DNA of 55,480 bases from an uncultured Candidatus Saccharibacteria bacterium (GCA_964603485.1 CAZRVE010000002.1:1-55480), one strand, 5' to 3'. Shown: positions 41,470 through 50,967, numbered from the stretch's first letter. The notes: a model not told the origin generated them from the sequence alone. Translations and numbers: made by a program.

Positions 41470-42015
41470 TTAAATTCTTTTAACCTGCAAGAAGTCGAGT
41501 TCAACCGGAGTCTCTCGTCCGAACATTGAAACGAGGACTTTAACCTTACCTCGCTCTGTATCAACCTCTTTTACCTTACCTTCAAGATCCTTAAATGGAC
41601 CGTCAACAATCAGAACCGCATCGTCAATCGAGAGATCCATTGCATGCTCAGCTTTATCTGCATTCATTCGAGAGAAGATTGAGTCCACCTCCTTCTTATC
41701 AATAGGCACCGGATATACCCCAGACCCTACGAATCCAGTAACTCGAGGAGTGTTGCGAACTACATACCAAGAATCATCCGTAACAACCATATCTACCAAC
41801 ACATACCCAGGATATATCTTTTCCTCTTCCTCAACACGCTTCCCTGCCTTTATTTTTATTTTCTTTTCTGTAGGAACGATTACTGCAAAAATTTTATCTT
41901 CCATCCCAAGAGACTCAACTCGTTGTTTGAGGTTTCGAAGTACCGCATTTTCATACCCTGCATAAGTATGAATCGCATACCAATTTCTTCCTTCTTGAAT
42001 TTTTTGTTTAGACAT
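41470..42015 (-). CDS. nusG: Transcription termination/antitermination factor NusG
   Basis: WYAIHTYAGYENAV..., C-terminal KOW (GPFKDLEGKVKEVD). Start at MSKQK chosen to avoid overlapping secE. Confidence 0.9.
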   Translation of the reverse strand: MSKQKIQEGRNWYAIHTYAGYENAVLRNLKQRVESLGMEDKIFAVIVPTEKKIKIKAGKRVEEEEKIYPGYVLVDMVVTDDSWYVVRNTPRVTGFVGSGVYPVPIDKKEVDSIFSRMNADKAEHAMDLSIDDAVLIVDGPFKDLEGKVKEVDTERGKVKVLVSMFGRETPVELDFLQVKRI

Positions 42016-42034
42016 AGGAAAAGAGGGTTTATTT

Positions 42035-42214
42035 TTAAGAAACAATAAGCTTCAAAGCCTCGGAGAAGAGGGCGTCAAAAAGGCCCAAATAGATAGCTGT
42101 GATAATTGAAATTGCCACAACCAAAACAGTGAACGCAATCGCTTGCCTGCGAGTTGGCCAACTTACATGTTTCAATTCCCCTTTTGTTTCTCGAAGATAT
42201 TCGGCGATTTTCAT
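42035..42214 (-). CDS. secE: Preprotein translocase subunit SecE
   Basis: MKIAEYLRETKGELKHVSWPTRRQ plus a single TM helix. Start trimmed to sit below the upstream terminators. Confidence 0.8.
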   Translation of the reverse strand: MKIAEYLRETKGELKHVSWPTRRQAIAFTVLVVAISIITAIYLGLFDALFSEALKLIVS

Positions 42215-42290
42215 AATAGTGAGAGATTCTGGTACTAAAAAACGCCTCGGAGGCGCTTTTTGTATACTACCCTTAAAGGCATTTCCTGTC

Positions 42291-42316
42291 AAAGAAAAAG
42301 CCCCTTCGTGAGGGGC
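42291..42316 (-). terminator. Terminator after CDS 42332-43108
   Basis: Stem GCCCCT / AGGGGC with a T-rich tail on the minus strand. Confidence 0.55.
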
Positions 42317-42331
42317 CTTTTCTAATACCTA

Positions 42332-43108
42332 TTAACGAATTTCGTAAGTGATAGAAACTGTAGACCTAATGGTATTTTCCCCTGTTGGGATTGCCGGTGC
42401 ACTTTGTGCAGATTCCGCTCGTACAGACATCGCATCCGCTTTATAAAGCATTGGGTATGGCATACCCCCTCCGTTCTCAGAGAAGTTCACTATGCGAATA
42501 AGTCTTACATCAAGATCTCGTGCAAGCACTTCTGCTTTCTCGCGAGCCTCATCAATTGCTTGTTTTCGTGCCTCACGAATGAGTTCGTCTTCCCCATCAA
42601 TAGTAAATGAGATGCCGCTCACATTCGAAGCGCCCGCTGTAGTAACTGCATCAATAGCCTTTCCAGAGTCACTAATGTTACGAACTTTTACGGTAATAGT
42701 TTGTGTCACTTCATAGCCCACGATCTCCTGCTTGCCCTGAGGACAAGGGGTTGTAATACAGTAGATTTGATTAAACTCATATTTTGGATATGCATTAAAA
42801 CCAGCGGTCTTAATATCCTTTTCTGAAATACCCATCCCCTTAAGAGCGGCGAGTGCCGCTTCCGTCTTTACCGTTGCTTTATCTTGCGCAGACTTCACGT
42901 CTTTCGCTTCTTCAACGATGCTGAAAGAAAACTCGGCAACATCGGGAGCGGCGAACACTTCCCCGTCTCCACTGACAGTAATAACGTTTTGAGGAGTTCC
43001 TTCACTTCCTATGTATCGATATTCTTTAAGCTCACCTACTATGGTAACCACGAGAAACGCACACAAAAGCAACACGAGGGCCGGCACATATTTCATTATT
43101 CTATCCAT
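42332..43108 (-). CDS. SIMPL/DUF541-domain periplasmic protein
   Basis: Signal/TM at the N-terminus; ITVSGDGEVFAAPDVAEFSFSI...; C-terminal ...GENTIRSTVSITYEI pattern. Alternative start at 43096. Confidence 0.7.
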   Translation of the reverse strand: MDRIMKYVPALVLLLCAFLVVTIVGELKEYRYIGSEGTPQNVITVSGDGEVFAAPDVAEFSFSIVEEAKDVKSAQDKATVKTEAALAALKGMGISEKDIKTAGFNAYPKYEFNQIYCITTPCPQGKQEIVGYEVTQTITVKVRNISDSGKAIDAVTTAGASNVSGISFTIDGEDELIREARKQAIDEAREKAEVLARDLDVRLIRIVNFSENGGGMPYPMLYKADAMSVRAESAQSAPAIPTGENTIRSTVSITYEIR

Positions 43109-43158
43109 GATAGTTTATTAATTATTACTCTCTGTAAGACGCATTGTATCATTTTTTC

Positions 43159-44019
43159 TTACACACCCCCTGAAAAAGACCTTTCATAGGCATCACATAG
43201 ATTTGCGAATAGTGCATAGACTGTCATGGGGCCTACCCCGCCAGGAACGGGTGTAATATACGAAACTTTGTCATACACTTCTTCAAAAGAGACATCTCCC
43301 ACAAGAGTATTTCCTTGGTCACTGGCTCTTACATTAATACCAATATCAATCACGACCTGACCCTCTCGTACATATTCCCTACCGATAAAATGAGGCTTGC
43401 CAATTGCAACACAAAGAATATCGGCCTGATTTGTAATGTCTTTAAGGTTCTTTGTGTGTGAATGCGCGATAGTAACAGTTGCGTCTTTGTGCATGAAAGA
43501 AAGCGCCAGTGGCGTTCCCACCAAAGCCGAACGTCCCACGACTACAACTCTTTTCCTCGAAACAGGTATCTGGTAAGCATTCAACAGCTCATGCACCCCT
43601 CGAACTGTTGCGGGGGTAAAACCACCTTCCTTCCTGACCAAGCTCCCAAGATTCTCAGGATGGAGACCGTCAACATCTTTTTTCGGATCAATAAATTTCA
43701 CGACCCCAGCAGATATGTGATCCGGTAAAGGTAATTGAATAATAATTCCGTGAACCTCCGGATCTTTATTGTATTCACACACTTTTGACATCACGTCTTT
43801 CTCCTCAGTTCGCAGAGGAAGTGTAACGTGAGATACACGCACACCAATTTTTTCTCCAAAGAGAATTTTTTGTTTTACGTACGTATCTGATCTTTCATCT
43901 TGAGAAAGAGATAGGATCACCAAATTTGGAATACTTTTATAAGAAGCTACTTTCTTTTTAAGAGCCCCTGCAAGCAAATCTCTTACTCCTTTCCCATTAA
44001 GAATTTTCTTGTTTTCCAT
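43159..44019 (-). CDS. folD: Bifunctional methylene-THF dehydrogenase/methenyl-THF cyclohydrolase
   Basis: YVKQKILFGEKIG, HGIIIQLPLP, DVDG, VVVGRSALVG, PVPGGVGPMT. Confidence 0.9.
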   Translation of the reverse strand: MENKKILNGKGVRDLLAGALKKKVASYKSIPNLVILSLSQDERSDTYVKQKILFGEKIGVRVSHVTLPLRTEEKDVMSKVCEYNKDPEVHGIIIQLPLPDHISAGVVKFIDPKKDVDGLHPENLGSLVRKEGGFTPATVRGVHELLNAYQIPVSRKRVVVVGRSALVGTPLALSFMHKDATVTIAHSHTKNLKDITNQADILCVAIGKPHFIGREYVREGQVVIDIGINVRASDQGNTLVGDVSFEEVYDKVSYITPVPGGVGPMTVYALFANLCDAYERSFSGGV

Positions 44020-44650
44020 ATAGGTTACGGATGTAGTGATAGAGCAAAAATGCCAAAGTAACCCAGAAAGTTCCTAGCGCGAACCCCGCGATTACATCCG
44101 TTGCAAAATGATAGCCCAAATATACACGGCTTACTCCGGTAGCAAATATAAGTGCGAAGCCCACAAAAATCGCAAGTGAGTGAACTGCCCTATCTTTAAG
44201 TTTAGGGTCAAGCGCAAAGAGAAAAGAGAGCAAAAACACCGCAACTGCCGTTGCATGAGTACTTGGAAAACCAAACCCCCACTCTGAAGGATCCCCCATT
44301 GGGCGGGAAATCTCGAAGAAATCTTTTAACACAAGACTTGAGGATATTGCACACAGTAGACTCGCAAGAAAAACTCCAGCAATAATCTTTCTCCCAAGCG
44401 CCGCAAGAAAAGAGAAGCCCATTACAGAAACTATCATGATAAGCCCTGGATGGAATAGAAATGAGAGCGTTTCCATGATGGAGGTAATCGTCTCAGAAAC
44501 AGTAAGAGAGTAAATACCAAGAGCCCACATGTCGACCCTAGTAAGAGAAGGAGAGGTGATAACAAAAAATGCGAGGGTTGCAAAAAGACACAAAGAAAAA
44601 ATGTTTAAGAAAACAAGTTTCCTATGGAGCTTAAAAAATCCCCCATTCAT
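43997..44650 (-). CDS. PAP2-family membrane phosphatase
   Basis: PAP2 motifs ...FPSTHAT... and SRVYLGYHFATDV. Confidence 0.8.
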   Translation of the reverse strand: MNGGFFKLHRKLVFLNIFSLCLFATLAFFVITSPSLTRVDMWALGIYSLTVSETITSIMETLSFLFHPGLIMIVSVMGFSFLAALGRKIIAGVFLASLLCAISSSLVLKDFFEISRPMGDPSEWGFGFPSTHATAVAVFLLSFLFALDPKLKDRAVHSLAIFVGFALIFATGVSRVYLGYHFATDVIAGFALGTFWVTLAFLLYHYIRNLYGKQENS

Positions 44651-45741
44651 CGCCCTCGGATTTCTAAAGTATCCTCAAGGGTCTCTATTGAATGCTCGGG
44701 AGAAATTACAGAACTTTCTTTAACATCCTCTCTATTTTTTTCTTTTTGCGACGAATCGGTTTCTTTCACCTCAGCTTCAACTGACCCACCGAGCACCTTC
44801 CCTGCCGTAGAGTCTTCCGTCAAGGGAATCATCGCGTCAAGAGATCGTTCGATATCAAAAACACTTTTTGTAATAGATCCAATTTTTTTCTCTAGTTCGG
44901 CAGGATCCCCATTTTCAAGCGAAATCAAAGTCTTCTGAGATTGTAGAAGTCGGGCTTCAAGACGAAGCACCTTCCCTCTATCAAGTGACTCCATTGCTTT
45001 CGCATTTCGAAGAGTTTTCCTCAGCGTCCTTATGCGTTCTTTAAGATCCTCCACTTGAGCAAGTATCCGCGCATCATCACGCTCCTTACTCTTTTCAATG
45101 CGGATATCGAGCTCACTATCCGAAACTTTTTCTTCCGCTTTCATAAAAGTAGAAGCAGCTTCTGGGGCAATAGACCGCGTGGTAAGACTTGCTTCTTGAG
45201 ATGCTTCTGAAGAGGTCATGAGAGTGGCCTGCTCCAATGTTCCACTTATTTCAGAATCTTCTAATTCAGATTCATACTTGCGAGTATTTTGTTCAGCTTG
45301 TTCCACCTGAAGCGCAAACTTGTCCTCAAGAGATCTTTGCATTTCTGGAGAGAGAATTACATGCTCTCGGATTGATTCCAGCTCATAAAGACGTCGTTCT
45401 GCGAGACGAATAGACCACTCAGCCTTTGCAATGGGGGTCTTACTAAACCAGCCTCGAACTTCTTCATTTACTCCAACCTTGAAGGGATACAAGACATCTC
45501 CGGGAAACGAATATTCTGCCGATGCAGAAGTCACTCCGCCAACAAGAAAAAGAACCACGAAAGCGAGCCCTGCGATTCGTTGATAACCGAAAAAAGAAAA
45601 ACTGGCGTACGGAGAAGTTACAGGTCTTGAAGATGATTCCATCACCTTCTTTAGGTTCGCAAAGATAGCTTCCTTTTCTAAGGAAGTCATGGAAACCTGT
45701 TGTCCTACATCATGTAAGTATGTTTCAAAATCTTTTTTCAT
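44647..45741 (-). CDS. Putative anti-sigma factor/DUF5667-like membrane protein
   Basis: One TM helix after ~50 cytoplasmic residues. Translationally coupled (4-nt overlap) to the upstream ECF sigma gene. Confidence 0.45.
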   Translation of the reverse strand: MKKDFETYLHDVGQQVSMTSLEKEAIFANLKKVMESSSRPVTSPYASFSFFGYQRIAGLAFVVLFLVGGVTSASAEYSFPGDVLYPFKVGVNEEVRGWFSKTPIAKAEWSIRLAERRLYELESIREHVILSPEMQRSLEDKFALQVEQAEQNTRKYESELEDSEISGTLEQATLMTSSEASQEASLTTRSIAPEAASTFMKAEEKVSDSELDIRIEKSKERDDARILAQVEDLKERIRTLRKTLRNAKAMESLDRGKVLRLEARLLQSQKTLISLENGDPAELEKKIGSITKSVFDIERSLDAMIPLTEDSTAGKVLGGSVEAEVKETDSSQKEKNREDVKESSVISPEHSIETLEDTLEIRGR

Positions 45742-46241
45742 GGCTTTATAATTTCTTTTGCCTTTTTGAGCGCCCTATGCAGTCGGACCGATACTGCATT
45801 TTCGCTCTCATTAAGAGTCTCCGCAATCTCTTGCAACGTGAGTCCGTCAATATAACGCATCACCACCACCTCACGGTCCTTCTCTGGAAGTAAGGCAATT
45901 CCTTTTTTCACCAGAGAAATTTCTGCGGAATCCATAATTGAATCCTGTCCGTCCCCCTGTGGATCAAATCCTTCTTCAAGAAGATTATCAAGAGAAGACG
46001 ATTTGCTTTTTCGATAATAGTCGATAATAAGATTGTTTATCACTCGATATAAAAATGATTTCATATTATCGATGTCATTCCCCAAGGAGATGTGATTCCA
46101 GGTCTTCATGAATGCATCCTGCACAAGGTCAAGTGCAACCTCGCGATTAGAGACTCGAAAAAAAGAATGCCTGAAAAGCGCATCTGACAATTCGCCATAT
46201 GCCGCAGCAAATTCTTTTTCTTGTATATCTCTTTTCTTCAT
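45738..46241 (-). CDS. RNA polymerase sigma factor, ECF type
   Basis: Region 2 DLVQDAFMKTWNHI; region 4 TLQEIAETLNESENAVSVRLHRALKK. Start at MKKRDIQ, below the stop of the preceding gene. Confidence 0.8.
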   Translation of the reverse strand: MKKRDIQEKEFAAAYGELSDALFRHSFFRVSNREVALDLVQDAFMKTWNHISLGNDIDNMKSFLYRVINNLIIDYYRKSKSSSLDNLLEEGFDPQGDGQDSIMDSAEISLVKKGIALLPEKDREVVVMRYIDGLTLQEIAETLNESENAVSVRLHRALKKAKEIIKP

Positions 46242-46267
46242 GATAAGACGTATTTTGTACCTGTTTC

Positions 46268-47131
46268 TTACATAGTAGGAAGAGTTGTCCACCGTGCAGA
46301 TATCCCGGCCGGAAGGGTTATCCCACGAATAGACTCCTCGATGGCAATCTCACCATGAGACACCTCTCCTCCAAAGCGGTCCTTAAAGAAAAGGAGAAGG
46401 TTGCCGTATGCAAGAGAAGAATACCCGGATGCATAACCATTAAGAAGGATAAAAAGGGGTTTCTCGGAAAGAACCTCTCCGAGAAGTGTTATGAGCGTAG
46501 GAAGATGCGTTTCTATTTTCCAAACTTCACCCTCTGGTCCCCTACCAAAAGACGGGGGGTCAAGCACGATTGCATCATAACGATTCCCGCGACGAATCTC
46601 ACGCCGAACAAAAGCAATTGCATCATCTAAAATCCACCGGATAGGTTTATCACTGAGACCTGAAGCTGCCGCATTATCCCGGGCCCAAGAAAGAGCGGTC
46701 TTCGACCCGTCGACATGGGTTACATCAGCCCCCGCACGAGAAGCGAACATTGTCGCTCCGCCGGTATAGCCAAACAAATTAAGAACTTTCACCTCCCTCT
46801 TTGAAGCGCCTATCTGCGACTCAATCCAACTCCAGTTACCCGCTTGCTCGGGAAAAACCCCAACGTGTTTAAAAGCCGATAATTTTAATAAAAAAGTTAT
46901 TTCTGAAAAAGAAACATTCCAATCAGAAGGGGTGACCTTCTTAGGAACCCATTCCTTTGTAAAATGTACGTCTGCCTTTTCCCACAGAGCATCATTCCCC
47001 TTTTGCCATACCGCCTGTGGATCTGGGCGTCTTGTAACCACCTGATTAAAACGTTCGAGTTTTTCACCCGCTCCGCTGTCGAGTAACTCATACTCATGAG
47101 TCGGCTTTGTCACAAAGAGTAAACTTTCCAT
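46268..47131 (-). CDS. Class I SAM-dependent methyltransferase (COG1092/RlmI-like, no PUA domain)
   Basis: VLNLFGYTGGATMFASRAGA.VTHVDGS and YDAIVLDPPSFGRG motifs. Confidence 0.65.
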   Translation of the reverse strand: MESLLFVTKPTHEYELLDSGAGEKLERFNQVVTRRPDPQAVWQKGNDALWEKADVHFTKEWVPKKVTPSDWNVSFSEITFLLKLSAFKHVGVFPEQAGNWSWIESQIGASKREVKVLNLFGYTGGATMFASRAGADVTHVDGSKTALSWARDNAAASGLSDKPIRWILDDAIAFVRREIRRGNRYDAIVLDPPSFGRGPEGEVWKIETHLPTLITLLGEVLSEKPLFILLNGYASGYSSLAYGNLLLFFKDRFGGEVSHGEIAIEESIRGITLPAGISARWTTLPTM

Positions 47132-47148
47132 TCCTTAAGGATAACAGG

Positions 47149-47181
47149 AAAAGAAAAAGGCCCCAACGTTTCGTTGGGACC
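47149..47181 (-). terminator. Rho-independent terminator after CDS 47192-47611
   Basis: Stem GGCCCCAAC / GTTGGGACC (one mismatch) plus a T-run on the minus strand. Confidence 0.65.
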
Positions 47182-47191
47182 TTGAGCGTTG

Positions 47192-47611
47192 CTAGGATAC
47201 CGAGGTCGTGCGGGCTCGAAGAATGTCCCCGAGCTTTGTGTTCACTTCCCCTGGTCCCCTTAGGCCGTTACGGTAGGTTGCGGTCAGGGCACCAATGCCG
47301 TGTCCGCGACGATCCGCGAGTCCGTACTTCGTCTCGAGATGACGACGAATTGCCGAGAGGTACTCTGCCCGAAGCTCCTCAGGTACCGACCTGGGAATTC
47401 GACAGTACTGCGGTCCTGTCAGGACCCCGACGAGAAAAGTATCGTCAGACACGGTATTGGAAGCGAAGCCCTTCAAGAACTTTGCTTCCGGACCTTGCAG
47501 GTCCTCTTCCCTTACGGTTCGTACAGTGCGTCCTCCTCTGCGTTGAGTGTGGTTGTGCAAGCTTCCGTGAGCTTGCGCACTCTCGCCTGCCGGTGCGAGG
47601 CTTGTTGCCAT
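47192..47611 (-). CDS. Hypothetical protein, G+C-rich cassette (139 aa)
   Basis: SD-like GAGGGG upstream and its own terminator. Competing long antisense ORFs indicate high G+C; the strand was chosen by SD plus terminator. Confidence 0.5.
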   Translation of the reverse strand: MATSLAPAGESAQAHGSLHNHTQRRGGRTVRTVREEDLQGPEAKFLKGFASNTVSDDTFLVGVLTGPQYCRIPRSVPEELRAEYLSAIRRHLETKYGLADRRGHGIGALTATYRNGLRGPGEVNTKLGDILRARTTSVS

Positions 47612-47694
47612 TGCTACCCCTCTGTGAAAGAGCCATGCAGCACCCCGATGTGCTACAAGGTTTTACTATATCGCTCGTGCGAAAACTGTCAAAG

Positions 47695-48567
47695 CTAAAA
47701 GACGATAAGAAGTGTCCCCATAATGATCACGAGACTTGCGATAGCTTTCCTCGTAATATTTTTTTCATGGAATAACTCTCCTCCAACTAACGTGGTGAAA
47801 AAATTAGAAGAGCGCTTGATGGCAGAAACAAGACCTACCGAAGCGAGTCGCAGAGCCTCCATCTGAAAGAATCGATACCCCACGGTAAAAATGGAAGCAA
47901 CTATTACGTAAGGGCCTGCCGTTCGAAAAGTTTTTACAATCCCTGAAAAAGAACCGCCGTATATAAGACCGATTGGGGCATAAACAATTGATATAAATAA
48001 ATGTGCAAAAAATATGTATACAGGAATAGGAACCACAAAGACATGAATAATGGCCCTATCAAGAATAGCTCCACACGAATAAAGGACCAGAGACAACAAT
48101 ACAAAGTGTACATATCGAGAGCGTACGAAAAAGCGGAAAGGTTCTGTTAGACCCTTATCTGGATCCATAGAAAGAATATAGGAACCAACCACCATAAGAA
48201 CAATTCCTGTGATGTGTTGAGCATCAAGTGCTTCTCCTAAAACAAAGAAAGCGAGAAGAGAGGTTGTCCCCGGAGAAAGAGCGAGCAAAGGAGAAACCGT
48301 TGATATTTCTAAATGCCGAGTCCCCTTCGCAACAAGGTAAAAAGCCATTGCTCCAAATATTGATGCAATGAATATAAGGAGAAGCGGAAAAGGGGTAAGC
48401 GCCCTAAAGTCGATAATAAAAAGAAAAGGCAGAGAAACAACAAGATTTGTGATCGCAAGGGCTGCAGAGTAATCAATCGCATGCACCTTAGAGAGAACTC
48501 TTTTCTCAATAAGAGCTGAGGCTGAAAGGAGTACCGCACAAATAAAAGCGTATGCAAACCAAGGCAT
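47695..48567 (-). CDS. EamA/DMT-superfamily transporter
   Basis: 10 TM helices in two EamA-like halves; 290 aa. Confidence 0.75.
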   Translation of the reverse strand: MPWFAYAFICAVLLSASALIEKRVLSKVHAIDYSAALAITNLVVSLPFLFIIDFRALTPFPLLLIFIASIFGAMAFYLVAKGTRHLEISTVSPLLALSPGTTSLLAFFVLGEALDAQHITGIVLMVVGSYILSMDPDKGLTEPFRFFVRSRYVHFVLLSLVLYSCGAILDRAIIHVFVVPIPVYIFFAHLFISIVYAPIGLIYGGSFSGIVKTFRTAGPYVIVASIFTVGYRFFQMEALRLASVGLVSAIKRSSNFFTTLVGGELFHEKNITRKAIASLVIIMGTLLIVF

Positions 48568-48573
48568 GGAATT

Positions 48574-49083
48574 TTATTTATTTATTTCATTACACATAAG
48601 AAGTGCCGCCTCACAAGTTTCTTTTAGAGAAGAGCAGAGAGGAATGTTTGGTGTTTTCTCTTTTAAACTTTTTGTAATGTATCGACGATTAGAAAATCCA
48701 TCTTCAATCCCTACCACTACTCGAATTCCTGTAAATATATGCCGAGTAATCGTTTCTCCAAGCTCAAACCTTGTTGTTTGAGCATATGCGCGCCCAGGCA
48801 CTTCTACTCCCGGGCTCGCAAGCCAAAAAAGAATAACTCCGTTCTGACCGGCGCGAGTCATGTGCTCCCATTCCCAAAGTATTTGCTCTGAGTAATCGCC
48901 GTCATTAAAGTCCCCCCTTGCCTGATGAGCCCTTCGGGGTGAAGCGATGGACACATGAGGATTTACAGAAAGAAAACCGATTGCTTCACTGTGCCAATCT
49001 GGAGCCCCTTGTATTGGGCCGGCAAGAAAGATAAGTGACCCTTCGATTTCTTCTCGATTTGGAGCGATGAGGATTTTGCCCAT
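48574..49083 (-). CDS. Nucleoside 2-deoxyribosyltransferase-like protein
   Basis: LIFLAGPIQGAPDW...ILWEWEHM...VILFWL pattern, typical of the NDT/DNPH1-like fold. Moderate confidence. Confidence 0.5.
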   Translation of the reverse strand: MGKILIAPNREEIEGSLIFLAGPIQGAPDWHSEAIGFLSVNPHVSIASPRRAHQARGDFNDGDYSEQILWEWEHMTRAGQNGVILFWLASPGVEVPGRAYAQTTRFELGETITRHIFTGIRVVVGIEDGFSNRRYITKSLKEKTPNIPLCSSLKETCEAALLMCNEINK

Positions 49084-49086
49084 ATA

Positions 49087-49845
49087 TTACTCAAACAACT
49101 TGGTGTAAGTACCAATACCGTCCCACCAAAGATCGTTGTTGGTATCACGAAGATTTGGATTAGTCTTTGTGCATTCCGAAAGCACGATAAGATTGTCGGG
49201 AAAAATACAATTCTCAAAATTATCCGTAATACCATCCTGGTCAGAATCAGTCATATCTTTTTTTGCATTTTCTAGAAGCATCTCCCTTGAGGTAGTAGCA
49301 TTTTTCTTCACAAGCCAAATGCGCTTTGGATCGAGCGCAAGAAGGCCAAATTTTCCATCCTTATTTTTTGCAAAAAAGATTACCGCGCGAGAAAAACCAA
49401 TACTCTGAGAGTCTTCCGTCTCTTTAGGTGTAGTCATTAAAATCGCCTGTCGTTCATCAGCCCAAAGAGAAGTGAACTCCTTTTGAGAAAGATTTTTACC
49501 CGCCTCATACACGGCATCCATTCTTTGAATACAGTCCTTTGAAACAGGGCTTCCCACGCAGGCAGGAGATAGAGCGAATGCAAATGTCTTTAGTGCATCA
49601 CGGTCGTGATCTTGGGCAGCTTTCAAATACCGAGAAAAGATATTCCACAAATCTAGAGAACTTGGGACACCGCCCACCTGAGCATTTTGCACTTTACCAA
49701 CTTCCCCTTCCCCAGAATCAACTGGTAAATTTTGATTTAGATTAGGAATATCTATTCCAGAATTATCACCTTGCCGCATGAAGAAAAATCCTCCAACAAG
49801 GGCGACTAGAACGAACCCTAGAATAAAAAAATATTCCTTCCTCAT
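49087..49845 (-). CDS. Membrane-anchored hypothetical protein with C-terminal Ca-binding (thrombospondin-type-3-like) Asp-rich repeats
   Basis: N-terminal TM helix; DSDQDGITDNFE and DTNNDLWWDG motifs. Confidence 0.55.
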   Translation of the reverse strand: MRKEYFFILGFVLVALVGGFFFMRQGDNSGIDIPNLNQNLPVDSGEGEVGKVQNAQVGGVPSSLDLWNIFSRYLKAAQDHDRDALKTFAFALSPACVGSPVSKDCIQRMDAVYEAGKNLSQKEFTSLWADERQAILMTTPKETEDSQSIGFSRAVIFFAKNKDGKFGLLALDPKRIWLVKKNATTSREMLLENAKKDMTDSDQDGITDNFENCIFPDNLIVLSECTKTNPNLRDTNNDLWWDGIGTYTKLFE

Positions 49846-49847
49846 TG

Positions 49848-50441
49848 TTATTCTTTTATCCTCACCAAAGATCCTTCTACAACCTCAAGATGGAGTGTCT
49901 TTTCAAGAGAAGGCTGGGCGACCATCGGTTCACCTTCTTTCCTATCAAGAATCACAATCGATATCTTGCCTTGAGAAAAAGAGATCTCTTTTATACGAAT
50001 CCTATCCCCAAGAAGCACCGCATTTGTGCTCACAAGAGGGTTTGAGTTTGCAAGAAGCACAGATGCGTAATAGAAAATTCCAGTACCTCCTGGCTCGTCG
50101 CGAAGAATCGCAATAGCATCCTTTTTTCCGTCACCATCAATATCAGCGAATGCTGGACCCTCAAGTACTGAGGTTCTAATGGTCGATGCAGATCCTGAAT
50201 TTGATTCAGTCGCGATACCGTCACGAATAGCCACCTTTCGAGACTCAATAGTGTAATCAGCGTTTTTTACATCCAAAGCCTGCTCCAAGGAATTAGGTTT
50301 TGGCGTATTAAATTCCAATAACATCTCGTCGTTTTCCTCAACACTTGGCGCGTCCGCATTTTGAGTAGTTCCCCACCAAATAAGAGCTCCGATTATCGCG
50401 GCCGTAATAAGTCCTACTGCCCATTTCTTTTTCGTGTCCAT
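49848..50441 (-). CDS. Membrane-anchored hypothetical protein (FG-GAP/VCBS-like DIDGDGKKD motif)
   Basis: N-terminal TM helix followed by a beta-rich domain. Confidence 0.55.
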   Translation of the reverse strand: MDTKKKWAVGLITAAIIGALIWWGTTQNADAPSVEENDEMLLEFNTPKPNSLEQALDVKNADYTIESRKVAIRDGIATESNSGSASTIRTSVLEGPAFADIDGDGKKDAIAILRDEPGGTGIFYYASVLLANSNPLVSTNAVLLGDRIRIKEISFSQGKISIVILDRKEGEPMVAQPSLEKTLHLEVVEGSLVRIKE

Positions 50442-50523
50442 ACCTGAAATTACTATTCGTTAATCAATATATGGACAGTATACCATCTAGACAAAAACCC
50501 ACTGCAAATCCCTCTTCGGCCGA

Positions 50524-50967
50524 TTAAAGATATTCTTTTCGGACTTCCATCCAAAGCTTACCTAAATGATTATGCCCATCCTTATTTGGACCCCAACCCC
50601 AGAAATCATCCCTCCAAGAATCCTCGATAATTTCCCTTTCATCAGACTGGAGAAGCTTCTTCTTTACATATGGGTGTTGCTCAACCTTCAATCTAAGTAT
50701 TTCCTTCATTATCTTAAGCTTAACTTCGTCCCAGTCTTTTCTGTATTTCTCTCTATTTTCCTTTGCGATAGTAAAAGCGTCATGCGCAGATTTTGCAGTA
50801 CGAATCTGTTCTTTTAAATTTTCATCCTCAAATTTCTCTGATTGGTAGGCCTGTTCGGAAGTGGGCCAAAGTTTCCCCCTCCATTCCAGGTTAAAAGCAG
50901 AAAAGTTTGAGAATACATAAAACTCATGCTCGTAAAAAAGTATTGGATTTGATGAATCGTCGCTCAT
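50524..50967 (-). CDS. NADAR (YbiA/DUF1768) family protein
   Basis: FYVFSNFSAFNLEWRGKLWPTSEQAYQSEKF...W...FWG pattern. ATG at 50967 preferred over the TTG at 50991. Confidence 0.75.
   Translation of the reverse strand: MSDDSSNPILFYEHEFYVFSNFSAFNLEWRGKLWPTSEQAYQSEKFEDENLKEQIRTAKSAHDAFTIAKENREKYRKDWDEVKLKIMKEILRLKVEQHPYVKKKLLQSDEREIIEDSWRDDFWGWGPNKDGHNHLGKLWMEVRKEYL

Noticed and set aside
42241-42260. Hairpin CGCCTC-GG-AGGCG as a second terminator upstream of secE
   Set aside because: It is only a 5-bp stem with a 3-nt loop, too weak to call. The adjacent 42291-42316 hairpin is the more credible terminator.
47107-47775. Plus-strand ORFs 47107-47775, 47300-47698 and the minus-strand ORF 47445-47636
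   Set aside because: These are shadow ORFs of a G+C-rich stretch. The 222-aa ORF would run through the terminator of the minus-strand gene and into the EamA gene, and it has no SD.
50524-50967. NADAR as the antitoxin of a DarT-like ADP-ribosyltransferase toxin-antitoxin/defence pair
   Set aside because: No adjacent DarT-like or other toxin-like ORF is present. The upstream neighbour is a membrane-anchored FG-GAP-like protein and the downstream region is non-coding.
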